From the NCBI GenBank assembly GCA_000004985.1, contig GG738905.1: DNA of 64,000 bases, one strand, 5' to 3'. Below the pieces are notes generated by a model that saw only the letters and a list, made by a program, of their open reading frames with translations, made no database searches and was not told the DNA's origin. Shown in pieces: positions 31,549 through 42,920 of this stretch (positions are counted from its first letter, which is position 1; each line of letters opens with the position of its first letter). Position numbers and translations under genes: made by a program. This DNA comes from Naegleria gruberi (taxonomy: Eukaryota).

Positions 31549-32694
31549 TTATAGAATGAAACAAAGATCCTCGAACCAACCCACTCGTTGACCTGCAATC
31601 TTTTTCAATGACATTTGTTGCATTTTTAGCTTGGCCTTACATTCGAGGCCAATATATGGCGTCTTGTTCGTAATCAATTCTGCAGTGTCTCCATCTTCAG
31701 TATTTGGATAAAAGTAGTAGATTAAATTTTGATAATTCAAATCTTTGGTGAATGGGTTGATTCGCATATCGGCAGTTGCCTTAATTTCTTCAAGTGTTCG
31801 GGCATAATTCCAAACTCTTAGTTCTGTAAAATCAGCACACATATTGACACCTTCCCACAATACAATCTTTGAAATTAAAGAATCTTTGTCGAATGAATGT
31901 GTAGGATATTCTAAGAAATAGTCCTGATTCACTCTAACCTTGATGTTATCTTGCTCAAAGACAAGCACAAAATGTTGCCACTGATCTGGTGCAATATAAT
32001 TAATAAATCTCATATCAGTAGTATTAAAATTGATGTAAAGAGCTCCAATAGAAAGACTTAATTTGATAGAACGTGATGCTGAACAAGTAATAGTCAACAA
32101 GTCGCCACTAACATTCTGCTTAAATCTAGCCCAAAATTCAATTGTAAAATTACTCATCAAGATGGGTTCGCTCATGTCCGTAATCTCTGATATTGGTGCT
32201 ATCCTTTCCATCATATCCAAGTCAAACATATAGGAAGCATCAAATAGTTCATTTCCAATAGCCGAATAGGGTCTTCTTATTTTCCCAACAGCTTGTTTCA
32301 AACTAGATTTATACGTTAATCCCAACTTTTCTCTCACATCTTCCATATACTTTTCATCCTTCTTCATCATGGCTTGTAATAATAATTTATAAACCAATGA
32401 ATCCTCACTCTCAAACAAATCATGACACATTGTATTCAAAACAGACAAGATTGGAATATAACCAACACCAGCAAACTGTAAAATCATTCCGAAAATCTCT
32501 GATGGCAACTGATCAAACCCTGTAGGCTTTCCCGAAAAGGCTTGTTTTGGTGTATGAATACTAACAAAATCCTCTAATTTTTGTATATTGTGATTGAGAG
32601 TGGGATGTTCTCTTTGGGAGGCTCTCAACATGCCGAGAGGTCCTTTCGCAAAGAGTGATTGAACAACATCTTGTTTATGATAGGAGGAAGACAT
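31549..32694 (-). CDS. F-box-like protein with C-terminal ConA/LamG-like beta-sandwich region
   Basis: LPSEIFGMILQFAG...ILSVLNTMCHDLF is F-box-like. The C-terminal half (WQHFVLVFEQDNIKVRVNQDYF...LRVWNYARTLEEI) resembles a LamG/ConA-like fold. Confidence 0.5.
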   Translation of the reverse strand: MSSSYHKQDVVQSLFAKGPLGMLRASQREHPTLNHNIQKLEDFVSIHTPKQAFSGKPTGFDQLPSEIFGMILQFAGVGYIPILSVLNTMCHDLFESEDSLVYKLLLQAMMKKDEKYMEDVREKLGLTYKSSLKQAVGKIRRPYSAIGNELFDASYMFDLDMMERIAPISEITDMSEPILMSNFTIEFWARFKQNVSGDLLTITCSASRSIKLSLSIGALYINFNTTDMRFINYIAPDQWQHFVLVFEQDNIKVRVNQDYFLEYPTHSFDKDSLISKIVLWEGVNMCADFTELRVWNYARTLEEIKATADMRINPFTKDLNYQNLIYYFYPNTEDGDTAELITNKTPYIGLECKAKLKMQQMSLKKIAGQRVGWFEDLCFIL

Positions 32695-33172
32695 TTTTTT
32701 ATTTTTTATTTTTTTTTAAATTTATTTGATGAACTTTAATATCTAAAGTCCTAGATGAACTTTTAGAAATTGTTGATTTAAGTTTTTAATTTAAATTAAA
32801 ATTTTGTAAATTGAATTGCAATTGTAAATGTAATCTTTTGTAATCAATCTTTGAGAACACCTAGAACCGAACTAACTTTATATTTATCAATACCGAGTTC
32901 TATTCGAAAGAACATTTACTTGTGAAACTATTAATAAAATGGTTTCAGATAATCATTTCAATTTTAAGAAAATGAAAATTCATTCGAACTCTGCACCCGA
33001 ACTCGAGTTTAATAAACAATTCAAGAGACTTTGTATTGGAAGTTTAGTTTGATGAAAGGAATAACCATCTCCAAGCTTAACACAAGCTGGAATTTGCCGT
33101 TGCTTAGTTACATGTCAGAACTTTATCTGTCAAAAATCATTAACAAGAGATCCCAAAATTCAACACAAAAAA

Positions 33173-36100
33173 ATGACAGCTTCAACCACAGTGTTAATAT
33201 GCCTGTTGTCTTACTTGTTTCTTTCCTTCTTCTTTACTTATAACTATGCAGCCGATCAAATTTACTATTCGAATCGTCCAACTTCACAAATGACGAAACC
33301 TTTCGTATATCAATTAGCAAGTGGTGCACCTGTTGCCCTCTCGATCAAATATTTCGATAACACAGGTGATTACGACAATGTATACCACTTCATCCCTGAC
33401 AATCCCTCAGCAAAATCCAACTTTACAATGCGTTTCTATGTTGATGGATTTTCGAATATTGCTTGGAGTGCTTTATTGACTAGTTTGGTATCTGGATGGA
33501 ATTCAGTGTCGAAATGTGGAGTTTTAGTCAAGTCAAGCTTGTCTAGCTCTAGAGAATCGACCACTTCACAAAATTCCACATTCTTTAATACACCTCTTTC
33601 CATTTCGAATAGTGATAAGTTTAATTGTGTGGTTTCGGCTAATTTTGCAAAAGCTGGATTGTTTGAAGTGTTGGTTACTCCAAAATCTAATTATGAAGAG
33701 GGTGTTTATTTATTTGAATATACTCCTGTGGCTGGTTTAACAGCTGATCAATCTTTATTTCAGGCAGAATTGGTCGTCTATTCGAAAACCACCTTTACGA
33801 AACTTGTTGGAAATCCGGTGGTTGATCCAAACAGTTTATTGGAAATTCAGGTAGCTCAACCAAGTATAATTGATCCAACTAATCCACCAAATCTCGATAA
33901 CGAAACTTCCACTTCTTACATTCCATTGAGAGATAACTTTGGAATGAATGCTATTGTTTCTTCTGCAGTTTCTAATAAGATGAATTTGATTTATACATGG
34001 CAAGTTATGAGAGTTTACAAATTGAACACTGCCATAATTGATGTCATGCCAAAAACTAACTATCTCGGTAAATCCAATACTCTCCAAGCCATGTATCAAC
34101 AAAACAGTTTAGGATACTCCTCTCTCGTTTTATCTCAAGATAAAATACTCTATGCTGATACAGCTTACAAGGTAGTGGCCTCAGTTTACTCCTCCTCTAA
34201 GACTCTCATTGCTAGAAAGATCAAATACTTGAGAACGCCACTCGATTTCTCTCCAGTCTTGTCAACTGTTGGAACTGTTTCACCAACCATTGTCAATTTC
34301 ACTGATCCACTCACTTTCAAAGTAACCTCTAATTTCAAATATAGCGACAATTCAGATGCCACTAATTTACAATTTGCATTTGGTTATTTGGATACTTCCC
34401 TAATTAAGAGTTCTGATGTCATGAGCTTTAGTAATTTGGACAATGTTCCTTACTCGACCATTATGCAAGGATTTGTGAGGGTGACTGATTATTCCACTTC
34501 CAAAATTATTTCTTCCTACCTTCCACCAAGTTATGCTTTGGGAGAAAATCAAAAATCTTGGAAGACTCTTTTGTTTGTGAAGGATTTAAGTTTTGGAAAT
34601 GTGAAAACTTATGCTTTGAATGGAGTTATTGTGAAACCAGTGGCTCTCGAGGAGATTTATCGATTTGTATTACCTTCAGCATTTATGAGTGTTTCCATTC
34701 CACAATTGAAAGGAGTAGTTGGCTTCACAAGAAAATCCTATCAAAGCACTGCCAATTCAACACTGATTGACTTGGTTCAAAGACGTTTATTTGCTGTCAT
34801 TCAGAACAAGTTGGCAACCATGACTGAAAATGATACTGACAAGTTGGCAGATCTTGCTAGAATTCTCGATATTTGGGCATACAATGCAAAGAAAACTATG
34901 GCGAATATGGTAAACACAGATGGAGATGCTATTTTCACACTCTTGTACAATTTCATTTCCATGATTAAGAAAGATGCCAATCAAAACAAGTACACTGGTG
35001 ATGTCACTTCCAAACTTCCACTTGGAATGAAGGATGGTACTGTTTTGGATATACTGACCTCTCTGTTGTCTAGTTGGATGAAAGTTTCTCAATTCAAATC
35101 GAAAACTGCATCACTTGTGAAAATGCTTTCGACTAGTATTGTTGATAGTATTTCACCAAGTGAAGAAAGAAGATATTCAACTGATTCTATTGTATTTTCT
35201 ATTAGAAAGGATTATGCTTCTAATTTTAATGGAACTACTTTAACAACTGATTCTTCATATCATTCAGTTGTCATGCCAACTGTTTCAGTATTCAATTCAA
35301 CGAAAGGTCTGTATGGAACTGAATTTGTAACCTATTTGGAAAATCCAAACAATTCCACATCATCCAGTGGTGGAAACATTACCAGTGATGTAATTTCCTT
35401 GAGATGTATCAATCCATCAGGTGATTACTTCCCTCTTAGCGAATTGACTGATCCAATTGTTTTGAATTTCAACTTGTCCATAGCCAACATTTCAAATCCA
35501 GATTTATTGGTCTGTAAATATTGGAATGAAACTGTCAGTGATTGGTTGTCCAATGGTTGTACAAGAACTGCCCTTCTCACATACGGTGATTACTATGTAG
35601 TTGAGTGTTCCTGTGATCACACCACTCAATTTGCAACATTTGTTGAGTTTCCAACTTCAACTACCAATTTAACTTTAGCACAAAAGCAAGCTTACTACAT
35701 TTTATGGGGATTTGATATTGGAATTGGTGTCATATTTGTGATTGTGAGCTTGATAATGTTATTACTGATTTGTATCTTTAGAAATTCACAACCTGTCAAG
35801 GCCAAGTACATTGCTCCATTTGTGGGAATGACAAGTATCTTTTTAGAATCATTGTTGAGCTATGTTGTTAAGTCATCGCTCATGATTGGTTTCACAGCAA
35901 CCAACTCGACCAATATTTCATTCTATTTGAATACTATTACATATTGTTCTGCTGTTATTATTAGTGTGGCTTTCGCAGAAACAGGAGAAGATTTGGCTTC
36001 TACAGATCATTTCCTCAAAGAGTTTGTACGTTTTCCTTGTGGTATGCTTGCCCTTGGTTATCTTTACCTATTTCACAGGATTTTCCATTGGAAGAATTGT

Positions 36101-37199
36101 TCAAGAATCACTCAATTCAGACACCTCTAAGCAAATTTTCACTTCTTCCATCTATACCATAGTTACCTCGAGTTTTATGGGTGCAATTCTTCTATTCTCA
36201 CTTGTTGCAGTTTCCTTAATATTCATAGTTGACTTGATTTATGCCTTTGCTGTTGAATATAGAAAACCATACATTGATACATCAGAGATTTCAGGAACTC
36301 TTGTGGAAATGAGTGAATCTCAAAGCTCTTCTGCATTCAGCACTGATTCGAATAGCAATTCCAAGAAGAAATTCAAAGATTTGGAAAGCTTTAAAAAGGC
36401 AAAGGATATTACCATGTCTTCCATGTACAAATTCTTTGTCCAAGATGATCCTTTATTCTTCCGTTGTGAGAGTTTGCTTTTCATTTTCTGTTTGGGAGTG
36501 TTATTGATCTCGTATGTGTTTGGAATTGTTGGATTAGGTTTCTTTACACTCACTGGAAAGGCATTGAGTACAAGTGAAAGCGCATTCGAAACTTCACTCG
36601 TTATGGATATCATCAGATTAGTTCTTTCAGTTGTGTACTTTGTCTTGTACATTCTGGTCTTTGGAGATTTGTCACTTTTGATTTACATTTTCAAATATAG
36701 AAAGTACAGAGTTTCGTCCACTTCAGGTTCCACAAGTTTTTCATCTGAATCTCGATACGACAATGAATTACAAGAAATTCTGAATGACGGCTTAGCTTAT
36801 TCCTTATTCGAAAAGTTCACAGTCAAGGAATTCTCAAAGGAAAACCTCCTCTGTTACAATTCCCTACAAGAACTCGAAGATGAAAAACAATTTTATCAAA
36901 AAGATTTGGAAAATCAAGTGAAAATGTTGGAAGAAATCATTGAAAAATATTTAACACAAACTAGTTCATTTGAAGTTAACATTCCTTCGAACACAAGAAA
37001 GAATCTCATTAATTTGATTAAATCAAAGGAAGGTCTTACAAAGGAAAATGTAAAAAAGTCGCTGGAATCTTTGAAATCTGATATTCTGGTCAACTTGACT
37101 GATACCTTCTCAAGATTTACTACTTCTCAAAGTTATGAATTTTGGACGCAAATCAAGGAAGAAAAGGAAAGATTGATGGCAAGAAATAAAATGGTTTAA
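33173..37199 (+). CDS. GPS/GAIN-like motif + 7TM receptor + C-terminal RGS domain; large extracellular N-terminus
   Basis: Signal peptide MTASTTVLICLLSYLFLSFFF. About 800-aa ectodomain ending in the GPS-like motif CTRTALLTYGDYYVVECSCDHTTQFATFVEF. Seven hydrophobic helices follow. RGS core AYSLFEKFTVKEFSKENLLCYNSLQELEDEKQFYQKDLENQVKMLEEIIEKYL. A frame switch near 36020-36080 means a short intron or a 1-nt frameshift. Confidence 0.7.
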
Positions 37200-37399
37200 T
37201 GTTTAAATTCAATAAGGTATTGGCAATTATTTTTCAATAGTAAGCCAAATCTGAATGAATCAAATTTGAGATTGATTTAAAATATTCTTTAATACGGAAC
37301 TGAAAAGCTAAATTTCAAGGGTGTAAATACATTGTTTTAAAGGTTGAGGTTTATTTTAAGTGTTTCTAATTATTTACAATTAATAATCATTTTCACACT

Positions 37400-38524
37400 T
37401 TAATGCTTTCTAGGAAATGCAAATAAATATTGAGGAGGAACTGCCACTTGATATTCCAATTCATGAGCAGCTCTAATTGGCCAATAAGGATCATTCAATT
37501 CCTGTCTTCCAATTAAAACCAAATCCGCCTTTTGATCCTTAATTAAATCATTAGCAAATTGAGCATCCTTAATTTTACCGACAGCGCCAGTTGCCAATCC
37601 ATCAACTGATTTCTTGACACCTTCAGAGAATGGAACTTGATAACCTTGAACAATGGAAGTTGGGGAAAGTAATTTGGCATTTGCATTGTTGCCACCTGAA
37701 GAACAATCCAACAAGTCAACTCCACATTTTTGTAAAATTTTGGCTAGCTCTGTAGTATCTTTCATGGTCCATCCTTCATCACCAACATATTCATCTGCTG
37801 AAATTCTCACAAATAAAGGCATTTCACTTGGAATATTCGCTCTAATTCTTTCAACTAATTCAACCAAGAATCGAATACGATTTTCGAAACATCCACCATA
37901 TTCATCACTTCTCTTATTCGAAGTTTGTGAAAGAAATGAAGAAATTAAATAACCATGAGCTCCATGAATCTCAATTAAATCAAATCCTGCCTTAATAGCT
38001 CTCTTTGCAGCATCCACAAATTGCTGAATCACCTCTTGAATTTCCACAATGGTCAACTCTGCTGGAATTCTATGATGTTCATCGAATGCAATTGGAGATG
38101 GACCTACAACATCCCATCCTCCTTGTTCATTTGTGAGTGCTTTTCTACTATTCGCTTCCCAAAGTCTTCCTGTTGATGCCTTTCGTCCGGCATGATTCAA
38201 TTGTAAACCGATATGACCTCCTTGTTCATGGGCAAATTGAACAATTTTTGACAACATGTCAACATGTTCATCTTTGTAAATTCCCAAGCAGCCTGGAGAA
38301 ATTCTACCAACATCTGAAACACCAGTTGCTTCTACGATAAATAAACCTGCTCCACCGACAATTCTACTGCCAATATGTTGGACATGCCAGAAATTAGCAA
38401 ATCCATCAGTTGCTGAGTACTGACACATTGGAGAAACGACAATTCGATTCTTTAATGTTAAGCCTCTAACGGTGAATGGTTGGAAAAGTGGTGGAATGGA
38501 AAGTTCTTGTTGTTGTGTGGACAT
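37400..38524 (-). CDS. NADH:flavin oxidoreductase / old yellow enzyme, YqjM-type (bacterial-like) family
   Basis: NRIVVSPMCQYS, GAGLFIVEAT, HAGRKAS and the downstream GGNNANAK (TIM-barrel FMN oxidoreductase signatures); single exon. Confidence 0.85.
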   Translation of the reverse strand: MSTQQQELSIPPLFQPFTVRGLTLKNRIVVSPMCQYSATDGFANFWHVQHIGSRIVGGAGLFIVEATGVSDVGRISPGCLGIYKDEHVDMLSKIVQFAHEQGGHIGLQLNHAGRKASTGRLWEANSRKALTNEQGGWDVVGPSPIAFDEHHRIPAELTIVEIQEVIQQFVDAAKRAIKAGFDLIEIHGAHGYLISSFLSQTSNKRSDEYGGCFENRIRFLVELVERIRANIPSEMPLFVRISADEYVGDEGWTMKDTTELAKILQKCGVDLLDCSSGGNNANAKLLSPTSIVQGYQVPFSEGVKKSVDGLATGAVGKIKDAQFANDLIKDQKADLVLIGRQELNDPYWPIRAAHELEYQVAVPPQYLFAFPRKH

Positions 38525-39030
38525 TTTTTTGAATTTGAATTATTGGAAAGGTTAGTTTAGGAAAATCTATTTATTCGAAAGTCGAGTTTCAATGAGGATG
38601 CAATTATTGTGAGGTTGCATAAATAATATCATCGAATTAAACAGTTCGTAAAAGAAAGTTTACCAAAACTGTTCGAAAGATAATCGTCCAAAAGATTGTA
38701 AATCTCCAAATATAGAATTTAGGATAGTAAATTAGATATTCCACTGTTCAACAATCTAGTTCATCTTAATTATTCGAAATCCGAATAAATGGCGTTATTT
38801 TAAATATATTCATTTTGATGAACTAGAAAACAGTTCAAAAGTAGTTTCGAATAATGTCATTCTAATTTATCCGAATCTATTTCGTATAATTTTTTTACAA
38901 TGAAATTTACAGTTTTCAATATTACAGTCATGTATTTGTTAAAATTAAATTGCTTCCATACAAAACATCAATTAGAAACAGAACACCTCAGACAAGTGAC
39001 ATTAAATAATTATTAAAAAATTTAAAAAAA

Positions 39031-41055
39031 ATGAAAGCACCCAGCATTCGTCTACTTCTCACACTCTCCCTGGTCGGCCTCTTCTTCATCATTATTACTT
39101 TCGGATTATTTTCAAAACGTAAAGGAAATGACATTTCCGAGTCAATTACAACTGGACGTGTGGCATTAGATAAAATTGACAGCAAATCCAGCACTTCAAA
39201 ACCTGCACCACCTCCACCTCCTCCTCCTCCTACCTATTGTGTATCCAATGATGTTCTTTACTTTGGTCAACTCACACATAATGGAAATTTGAACGGACAA
39301 ATGAAACGAATGTATGAAGCAGTTCATCCGAGAAGCAAGGAACCATTCTTGAAAAAGGAAAATACATTTTTCTTTACGGATATCGAACCATCTCCTTCCC
39401 ATGTCTCATTCTTTTCCAGAATTACTTTAATGGCATCAAAAGGAGGGAAGGTTGGATATGATGGAGCTCAGAGACGTTTTCTCGAGTCAATTTTTACAAT
39501 GTTAGAGTTGAAGAAGGAGAGGAATGATAAACGAGTGAGATGGTTCATGTTGAGTGATGATGACCATATGAGTATTCCTGCTAATTTGATGCGTACATTG
39601 GCAAAATATGAATTGAAATTGGAAAGAGGTGAATTGAGTGTGGATGAGCCATTAATTATTGGAAGAACACCTGAATGTAGAGCTGTTAGTGGAGGAGCTG
39701 GTGTCATCTTTAATGAAAAGGCCATTGAAGTGCTCAAGGTTAATATGGAAGAATGTATTAAGAAAGTTGGTTTACAATGGTATGATTATACCATTTACAG
39801 ATGTGTGAATGATGTTCTCACAAAGACAAAGGAGGAAAAGTGCAAGATTTTGAAACATGAAACTTCCATGCATTGTTGTAATTACATGTATTTCTGTGAT
39901 CCTTCAAGTTTTAAGGATCCACCAAATTTGAGCTGGTTCAATAGATTTAGAAAGGCAACTGGATTCCATTACCTTCAAGGAGATCACGTCAATAGGATGA
40001 AGGAGAATTTACCAGATAGTTTCTTTACAAAGATTGATAAATGCTTCCCAGTATCAGAGTTAGAGAAGGAACTTGATGGATACATGCCAAGTGTTTCATC
40101 TTCAAATAAGAATTTACGTGAAATTTTACAACAAGTTGAAAGTATGCCAGTAGTGAGGCCACCTTCACTCGATTGGATAAAGAGTGAATCGAAACAGCAA
40201 GATGAGAGTGTTGTCTCTTTCATGACAGGTTTGATTGAAATAATCTTTAGCAATTGGGAAAATCAATTCGCAAGCAATAGAAAACCAATAGATCAAACTC
40301 TGGAGAGAAAGGACATTGCCATTGCTGTTATTCCAAGTCCCCTCATTGAATCTAGAGCTTCACTCATTGCTAGAGAATATAACATCTCATCCCAAGTTGA
40401 ACTCTCTCTCAATTATTGGCAACAATCTGGATTTAATGCTCATGTATGTGAATCCACACACACTTCAAAGATTTCTCTCTATGCAGAGTGTCTGAAAAAG
40501 TCATCAACATCCTCCAAATGGACCCTAGTTGTCTCCGAATCAACAAGAATTAATTCAGATTCCCTCCTTCAATATTTGAAAACTTTCAGCAATTCTGCAA
40601 AGCTTTACATTGGTGGAATGCGATCAGCTCAAGAATTAATCCTATCACAATTGGAAGGAAAATCTATTGGACTTCCATTTGGAGCTCTCTTTGCTGTTAG
40701 CTCTCCATTCATTGAGGAATATTTATCCATCGCCACTACTTCTTCTACCTTGAAGGAAAGCATCATTCAGGAACAAATCAACGATCGTCTTCTCATTCCA
40801 AATACTGGAATGATTCTGAGTGGTGGTCACTTTTTCACTCATGCACCAGAACACTACTGCACAAAAGGAATTACAAATGTAGAGTCGTGGATTGAAATGC
40901 AAGTTCCAACCAAAGAATTGGAACCAATGACTGTGACCTTCTCTCCAACTAATAATTGTCTTGGAAGAATGAATTCGATTAATCAATTTTTCAATAAGAT
41001 TGATAAGAGTTTGCTTGGATCACCTACTGGCATTAACCATAATTGTTTTGAATAA
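39031..41055 (+). CDS. type II membrane protein, Fringe/GT31-like (DUF604-like) glycosyltransferase candidate
   Basis: N-terminal signal anchor LLLTLSLVGLFFIIITFGLF, poly-Pro stem, and RWFMLSDDDHMSIPANL (DxD-type motif) in a Fringe-like context; tentative. Confidence 0.45.
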   Translation: MKAPSIRLLLTLSLVGLFFIIITFGLFSKRKGNDISESITTGRVALDKIDSKSSTSKPAPPPPPPPPTYCVSNDVLYFGQLTHNGNLNGQMKRMYEAVHPRSKEPFLKKENTFFFTDIEPSPSHVSFFSRITLMASKGGKVGYDGAQRRFLESIFTMLELKKERNDKRVRWFMLSDDDHMSIPANLMRTLAKYELKLERGELSVDEPLIIGRTPECRAVSGGAGVIFNEKAIEVLKVNMEECIKKVGLQWYDYTIYRCVNDVLTKTKEEKCKILKHETSMHCCNYMYFCDPSSFKDPPNLSWFNRFRKATGFHYLQGDHVNRMKENLPDSFFTKIDKCFPVSELEKELDGYMPSVSSSNKNLREILQQVESMPVVRPPSLDWIKSESKQQDESVVSFMTGLIEIIFSNWENQFASNRKPIDQTLERKDIAIAVIPSPLIESRASLIAREYNISSQVELSLNYWQQSGFNAHVCESTHTSKISLYAECLKKSSTSSKWTLVVSESTRINSDSLLQYLKTFSNSAKLYIGGMRSAQELILSQLEGKSIGLPFGALFAVSSPFIEEYLSIATTSSTLKESIIQEQINDRLLIPNTGMILSGGHFFTHAPEHYCTKGITNVESWIEMQVPTKELEPMTVTFSPTNNCLGRMNSINQFFNKIDKSLLGSPTGINHNCFE

Positions 41056-41822
41056 ACTATTCGATAAACAAATGCCAAAGTATTAAAGTTTTTTATGTTT
41101 CGAATATGGTTTTGTGTTTGATATATAGCTCTCTGAGAATCATATCTTGTGGTGTCCACTCTTCGACGCCACTGGGATTCTTATAGACCATTAAATCACG
41201 TACAAGCATTAAATTATGTTGCAATACCATCATAGTTTCGTCTGGAATACTTTCCAATATTGAAAATTTTGAATAGTCCAACAATGAAGCACATCCACCG
41301 TAATCATGTGATGCTATCGTTGTGAAAAGTAATGGATAACACATCCTTGAAAATAGGGTAATAAAACAACGTCAGCTTGGTCACCTGGTACTGAAATTTT
41401 CTTATAGGAATAGTAGAGAACTGCATCCATGGTAAAACAATATTTTCCATTCAATTTCTCGCCACAGTGTTTGTGTTGTAAGTATTGTTCATTTTGCTTG
41501 AATTCGTGTACATAAATCTTTGGCCATTTCTTTCCAACAGCCCTTCCATAAACCGAAAGTAAATTAATTCTCTGATCGAAAGAAGATGAAGAGGTAATGA
41601 AGGAAGGTAATGACTTTCACATTGCATCTTGGATGCTTGACTCCATTCGTTTGGATTATTTTTCGAAGAACTAAAGTTGAAAGTATGCATATTCCTTGGA
41701 TTGGTTGCCATAACTTCCAATTCGTGTATTCTAACGAGTTGATGTTGTATGTATTTGATGGATTCTTCTATTTTGGCATTTTGAGAAGATTGAAAGAAAA
41801 AAGGGAGAACATTCAGCGATTT

Positions 41823-42436
41823 TCAAGGCGTGGACAGCAATGGGCATGTAGTTTGAGAGGATTGGTTTTGAAATCCCATTGGACGAAACTTTTGAAACTC
41901 CTTTACAACTCCATAAACTTCTCTACTAGATGCGAATATCAACCATGGATTATTTCTACTCATTGTAATTTGTTTCATCAACACTTGTGTGTTGATATCT
42001 TGACATGTGTCTTTTTCCAACTCACACCACATGACAATGACACCTCTCACGTTTGAATTGTTGAAGATTTCTCTTAAGATCAACTCATCTCTCATATCGC
42101 CTTGAATGTATTCAATTTGGTTGACATGTTCTTTCGCAAATTGAGTTTCTTCTTGAACTATTGGATGAGCATCGAGCACAATAATTTTGGAGAAGAATGG
42201 TTGGGATGTCTTTTCTGATATGAGAGCATGTAAAAGTGGATAACCAACATTTCCAGCACCAATCATTAATAGGGTTGAAGGAACATCCTTTAGTCCACTT
42301 TCGTCTAATTCTGAACTAGTGGAAAGAGAGGTTTCTATGACTGCTTGTTTCTTCTTATTAAATATACCCAATAATATGGTATTAACGTAGAGAGAGCAAC
42401 AGAGCAAAACTATTAGAAGAAGTTGTTTTTTCATTT
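41823..42436 (-). CDS. NAD(P)-binding extended-SDR (epimerase/dehydratase-like) protein, N-terminal exon; further exons probably continue to about 41093
   Basis: signal/anchor MKKQLLLIVLLCCSLYVNTILLGIF, Rossmann motif MIGAGNVGYPLL, ASSREVYG; downstream same-strand ORF fragments suggest introns. Confidence 0.45.
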
Positions 42437-42920
42437 TGTTTTGTGTGATGTTTACAAATACGAAAGCAGTTGCTTTGAACGAAATTGTGTCGATGGGGCT
42501 CACTAAGATTGAACTTATCAAAAATCGTCTCAAACCCTATACTATCCCCTCCATATATAAACCATTTCTAAAGAAAGAAAGGAAAATTACTTTAAAATTT
42601 TTTAAACTTACCCAATCTGCAATTATAATTTACTGGAATAGATGAACAGCCATGAAATTCGTATTTCAACATATACTTCACGCAGCACTTGCTACATAGA
42701 AAATATGTGGAAGGGAAGAAACAGAAGCAAACATGAGAGTTTGTGCCAGCTCAGTTTCGTATAAAGATTCAAACACAGTAATCACAACCCAAAAGTAGTC
42801 AATTTCCAATAAATTGTATTTGGTTATTGTTTTGTTGTTGTTATAATATGCTGTAACAACTACAATTTATTGGAATTTTCAAATTTCATTGTTTTTTTAT
42901 TATTTTTAAATTTCGAATTG

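Noticed and set aside
41093-41720. Assigning the ORFs 41093-41344 and 41451-41720 as definite downstream exons of the epimerase-like gene
   Set aside because: I could not find splice junctions that join them in frame to the Rossmann-domain exon. An alternative frame in 41400-41560 also reads protein-like, so the exon structure here is left unresolved.
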